Positions 6,496 through 10,271 of a DNA stretch of 10,271 nucleotides are shown here, one piece after another. The first letter of the stretch is position 1; each line of letters opens with the position of its first letter. Origin of the DNA: Promethearchaeota archaeon (GTDB lineage Archaea > Asgardarchaeota > Lokiarchaeia > Sigyniarchaeales > SOKP01); assembly GCA_011364975.1 (NCBI GenBank), contig RDOE01000105.1, forward strand, positions 1 to 10,271. The letters run 5' to 3'. The position numbers were made by a program, and so were the translations under genes. The notes under the pieces are model-generated. The model was not told the origin of the DNA, ran no database searches, and worked only from the letters and a program-made list of their open reading frames with translations.

Positions 6496-7368
6496 CTAAA
6501 GTTGATACAGCTTAATATATTTGGTAAAATCTTTTTCGTTTTCTTTACTTAATGAATAGCCTAAGTTCTGCGATAACTCCTCTTCATTTTTTACACCCAT
6601 AAGGACTGTAGATACTTCTGGAATGGATGTAACATAATTTAAACATTTAGAAGGGGAAATATCGCGCGGATTCTTTTTTTTAAGACTTATACCACCTGTC
6701 TGATATTTTGCGAAACTGACAGTTCGATTATATTGCAAAAGGTTTCCTGCAGCAAAAGGTTTGATAGCAACCAAGCCAATATTATTCTTTTTAATCAACG
6801 CGAGAGCTTCGGTTCTTCCTTCTAAGTTATGGTTAATAAAATTAAGAGGAAACATGATAGTATCGAATTTTTTATTATTAGCTGCTTTTTCTATTACTTG
6901 GGTTTCATGAGTACTTAAACCTATAAATCTTGCTTTCCCTTGATCCATAAAGGACGTAGCTAAATCATAAAGTCCTTCTTTTTGCATAATTTTATCAAAT
7001 TCATTTTCGCGTACAAATTGGATATTAATTACATCAATATAATCGATGTTTAATATTTTTAAAATTTTTAAGAACTCTTCAGAACATTCTTTTAAATTTC
7101 GTGTTTTTTTGGGACGTCCCTCTGTGTTTTCTACTGTACCAATATGCCCCGTTATAATTATATTCTCTCTATGCTCTTTCAACACGGGGGCAAGCTTCTC
7201 GAGATATTGCTTAACTGAGAAGAGAACATCAAAATAATTTATTCCATGTTCAATTGCTTTGGATATCACGGATTTTGCAACTTCTCTTGGCTGCCTAAAT
7301 AAAAATTCGGTTCCTAATCCAATTTCACTAACCTTAAGGTTTGTTCTACCTAATTTTTTTAGGTTCAT
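6496..7368 (-). CDS. Aldo/keto reductase family protein with atypical active site, 290 aa
   Basis: KKLGRTNLKVSEIGLGT, AIEHGINYFD, LNIDYIDV, QGKARFIGLSTH, IGLVAIKPFAAG and VSTVLMGVKNEEEL..NL are AKR fold signatures. Confidence 0.92.
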   Translation of the reverse strand: MNLKKLGRTNLKVSEIGLGTEFLFRQPREVAKSVISKAIEHGINYFDVLFSVKQYLEKLAPVLKEHRENIIITGHIGTVENTEGRPKKTRNLKECSEEFLKILKILNIDYIDVINIQFVRENEFDKIMQKEGLYDLATSFMDQGKARFIGLSTHETQVIEKAANNKKFDTIMFPLNFINHNLEGRTEALALIKKNNIGLVAIKPFAAGNLLQYNRTVSFAKYQTGGISLKKKNPRDISPSKCLNYVTSIPEVSTVLMGVKNEEELSQNLGYSLSKENEKDFTKYIKLYQL

Positions 7369-7483
7369 TGGAATTATCTCATATAAAATGATTAAGTATG
7401 AGTAATAAAATTGAATTATTAAGATAATGGTTTGTAATATACTTTTTATTATAAGATATACTGATGGTTTACTGATTTAAATC

Positions 7484-7510
7484 AAAAAAAGAAAAAGAAA
7501 AAATTAAAAA
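7484..7510 (-). terminator. U-tract terminator after the UPF0182 gene
   Basis: Long minus-strand T-rich run immediately after the stop codon at 7511-7513. Confidence 0.5.
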
Positions 7511-10271
7511 TTAAAATACTGAAATTAGGCCATCGAGAGATTGATATACTACTTCTCCGTCCACAATTAAGGTCCACTTGTAGTATAGAATAACATCACT
7601 TTTATTAGTGTTAAGAAATCCATTTATAGTTAACCCCTCTCCAAAATAAAAATCTTTGTCTATAATTGTGAAGTTATAACCTGCATCTGAACCATCTATA
7701 AACGTAGAATTTGCGATTTGTATTAAACTCGGAGGTAGAATCAAGGTATAATTCAAATTATTAGTTGCAGATGAGTAAAGGGTAAGGTTTACTTTAACGT
7801 TCACGCCAAGTGCCGAAAAATTATTATCTAAATTCTGTAATTGTATTTTAAAGTTAGCAGGATCGCTTGGATAATTAATTATTGGTTCCATATCAAACTT
7901 ATAAGAGATTGTTAGGTTAGTTGTAGGCACAATTCCAGTTATATTTAATGCATTATACGCGTCTTGAGCATTTTCACCATATCCAACAGTTCTTACAAAA
8001 GCTTCAACAAATCCGGCTAACTTAAGTTGTTGTAATTGCCCGGCAGTACTATAAGTAGGAATATAATAATACAGAGAGCCGGCAAGAGGATAAATCAGCG
8101 TATTTCCATTTCGAGCTCCTGAAATTAAGGAAATTTCCTGAGTTGCTTCTGAAGAATAGGTTTGACGAGCAGTATTTGGACCTACTAAATTCTGAGTTGA
8201 ACCTCGAGTATAATAAAAGATTCCTTCTCCAAAATGATCGCCATGACGAACAATATAAACTCCAGCTAATAAAGTGGCAGATTGACCCTTATATTCAACT
8301 AGATCAAGTCCAACATATTCTATTCCATTTCCAACATCAGTTTCGATATAAAATAGATCTCCATCCGTAGGGCGCTCATGAAAATCATCAGCACGCCTCC
8401 ATGAAGAGGGATTTTGCACATGATAAATATAATTTGCCTCAAGTTGTTTCTCAAATAAATCCTCAGGATATCTTAGCTGTATTTCTAACCAAGAGGGTGT
8501 AGGATTCCAATCGTATGAATCCATGTATATTTTCCATAGCGGGTAAGTAGGATCGTTTACATTAAGCGAAGGACTTTCATAGAAATCCATTTCACCATTT
8601 AACACATCAACTAGACAAACACCCAAAAACCTTAATATAGGTACATTTGAATAGCTCCCAATGTTAATCTGTGTATAAATAGATACAGCATAGTAAAGTT
8701 TTCCTTCTCCTATATTAAAAATTAGATAAGGATCACCATCAATTTGGAGTTGAGGTAATAATACATCGCTTACTCTTGTTTTGACATTACGATTGATTAA
8801 ATAATCATGAGTACCTTCTAAAGCATAAGCTAAAAGTCCAATATTTATCGTTTTCCAGAAGCCTTCCAACCCAATAAGAGTCCCATCTGGAGTTCCTTCA
8901 TAACGAAATTCATTATTGGGGATTCCTTCAGCCCATTCTGTTCCTAGGAGTATATCGGAATCATAAGCTCCTATTATTGCTCCCTCTTCATAGTATCCTA
9001 ATGATAATTCTAAGAATCTTCTACTTTCACTCTCACCAAAAAATATAGGATAATTTTCAGCTATGTTAAATGTAGTACTAACATTAACTAAATTTCCACT
9101 GAAGGTATCCATAGCTAGGAAACCCTCAACATGATCATACAATTCTGTATTGGTTTGAACTGCATCTCCAGCTATTTCTGAAAATCTAACTGTTTTAGGA
9201 GCCACCCAATATTCTTTATTATTAATATAGACTATATCAGAATCTGCTAGTGCTTCAAATGTCGATCCGATTGACGCTGCTAAATATTGGACAGCGAAAT
9301 CTTGATCAAACTGCCGAATTTGCGAGACCATGAGCGCATCCGGAGAAGTCGATGATTCAGTAAAATTTTCAATTGGTCGCTCTTCAAACATATCTAAACC
9401 CGCACATTCCCGAGACCATTCAATCTGGCGTTCAATTTTTCTCTGCCATTCTTGTTCAGTCCACACTGCAGTATTATTAAGATTGATTATAGGTCCCAGA
9501 CTAATAATCAGGGGAGAGATTACAAATACTACCACTACTGTGATTACAATTATCACTCTCTTTCTCAATGTAGAAGGTATAATTACCTCACGAGTTGTTT
9601 TTGATACTTTACTTCTACTATATAGTCCTATAAGTAGTGCTAACGTAAGAAAACCGATACAACCAAATAATAATGACCAAATTTGAATTAAATTTATTCC
9701 ATTTAAAGGGGACAAGGGTAATGAGAAAAATCCAATTAAGCATGCAATTCCAATTATTGAAAGTATGCACGAAATAATATTAAAATCATTCCTGACTAGA
9801 TATACATTTCTAATTAAATAGAGCAATATTCTAAATATGATTATTCCAAGAATGAGAGATATTATTGGAAATACGAGATTAGAATAAATAAATACAGCAA
9901 TATAATCTGTGCTATTAATATTAAAAATGACATTAAATGCAGCAAAAATATTAGATATTCCCACTTCACCATTTTCAATGAGATAAACTGTCCAAGCAAA
10001 GGAATCTCCAGCATTGATAACAAATCCTATTAGATAAAATAATACGAATCCAATAACACCCCAAAATATAAATGCCTTTAACCGTGAAACACTTCCACGT
10101 CCTAAGCGAGAATTTATATATGTAAGAACTGTTCTGTCTGGTGGTAAGACCATTAAAACAAATCCAATAAGGGCGGATATCAGACAAGTTTTATTAAAAA
10201 AGAAATTTGAAGACCAAAAGTTTAAAAAGTAAATGGTTAAATAATTAGCGTCAGCTTTATTCATATATAAT
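7511..10271 (-). CDS. UPF0182 (COG1615)-family membrane protein, at least 917 aa, probably truncated by the right edge
   Basis: About 6-7 N-terminal hydrophobic segments, then a large soluble region with PIFFGE, INRNVKTRV...P.LQIDGDPYL, VDVLNGEMDFY and LRYPEDLF..Q...YHVQNP motifs that I recognise from UPF0182. The frame is open upstream of ATG 10264 (TTA TAT) to the window edge. Confidence 0.82.
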   Translation of the reverse strand, partial: LYMNKADANYLTIYFLNFWSSNFFFNKTCLISALIGFVLMVLPPDRTVLTYINSRLGRGSVSRLKAFIFWGVIGFVLFYLIGFVINAGDSFAWTVYLIENGEVGISNIFAAFNVIFNINSTDYIAVFIYSNLVFPIISLILGIIIFRILLYLIRNVYLVRNDFNIISCILSIIGIACLIGFFSLPLSPLNGINLIQIWSLLFGCIGFLTLALLIGLYSRSKVSKTTREVIIPSTLRKRVIIVITVVVVFVISPLIISLGPIINLNNTAVWTEQEWQRKIERQIEWSRECAGLDMFEERPIENFTESSTSPDALMVSQIRQFDQDFAVQYLAASIGSTFEALADSDIVYINNKEYWVAPKTVRFSEIAGDAVQTNTELYDHVEGFLAMDTFSGNLVNVSTTFNIAENYPIFFGESESRRFLELSLGYYEEGAIIGAYDSDILLGTEWAEGIPNNEFRYEGTPDGTLIGLEGFWKTINIGLLAYALEGTHDYLINRNVKTRVSDVLLPQLQIDGDPYLIFNIGEGKLYYAVSIYTQINIGSYSNVPILRFLGVCLVDVLNGEMDFYESPSLNVNDPTYPLWKIYMDSYDWNPTPSWLEIQLRYPEDLFEKQLEANYIYHVQNPSSWRRADDFHERPTDGDLFYIETDVGNGIEYVGLDLVEYKGQSATLLAGVYIVRHGDHFGEGIFYYTRGSTQNLVGPNTARQTYSSEATQEISLISGARNGNTLIYPLAGSLYYYIPTYSTAGQLQQLKLAGFVEAFVRTVGYGENAQDAYNALNITGIVPTTNLTISYKFDMEPIINYPSDPANFKIQLQNLDNNFSALGVNVKVNLTLYSSATNNLNYTLILPPSLIQIANSTFIDGSDAGYNFTIIDKDFYFGEGLTINGFLNTNKSDVILYYKWTLIVDGEVVYQSLDGLISVF

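Noticed and set aside
6421-6498. Readthrough (Pyl/Sec) or frameshift extending the AKR into an Fe-S domain
   Set aside because: In-frame TGA five codons after the TAG; no CxxCxxC in any frame; no SECIS-like element recognised.
7046-7237. + strand 63-aa ORF
   Set aside because: Antisense within the AKR gene.
7423-7484. ATGGTTT direct repeat, CTGA boxes and the palindrome TGATTTAAATCA (7473-7484); considered as fluoride riboswitch or C/D sRNA
   Set aside because: No proper C box (RTGATGA) or crcB pseudoknot pairing; such AT-rich palindromes are expected by chance.
8143-10187. ORFs 8143-8370 (+), 9330-9686 (+) and 9975-10187 (-)
   Set aside because: Nested in or antisense to the UPF0182 gene, with no independent coding signal.
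1-10271. CRISPR array, transposase/integrase, rRNA/tRNA, defence system
   Set aside because: No regularly spaced repeats, recombinase motifs, cloverleaf or nuclease domains were seen.

Overview
AT-rich (~30% GC) window in which all credible genes lie on the minus strand. In transcription order (right to left): a probably 5'-truncated UPF0182-family membrane protein with an extra sequon-rich C-terminal domain; an atypical aldo/keto reductase; two tandem DppB/OppB-type ABC permease paralogues with no DppC, binding protein or ATPase; a crotonase-family enzyme and a FadH-type 2,4-dienoyl-CoA reductase; an 83-aa helical hypothetical protein; a short TPR protein; and possibly another gene start at the left edge. 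GGTGGAG/AGTGAT-like ribosome-binding motifs, TTTAAA TATA-like boxes, U-tract terminators and many N-glycosylation sequons suggest an archaeon, plausibly Asgard/Lokiarchaeia (inference only). No rRNA, tRNA, CRISPR array or transposase was found. The best-supported oddities are an apparent ATA start for the second permease, a GC-enriched and foldable ~115-nt intergenic element at ~917-1042, degenerate catalytic residues in the reductase and crotonase, and a palindromic operator-like site upstream of the acyl-CoA genes. I cannot establish a new biological system from this window alone.
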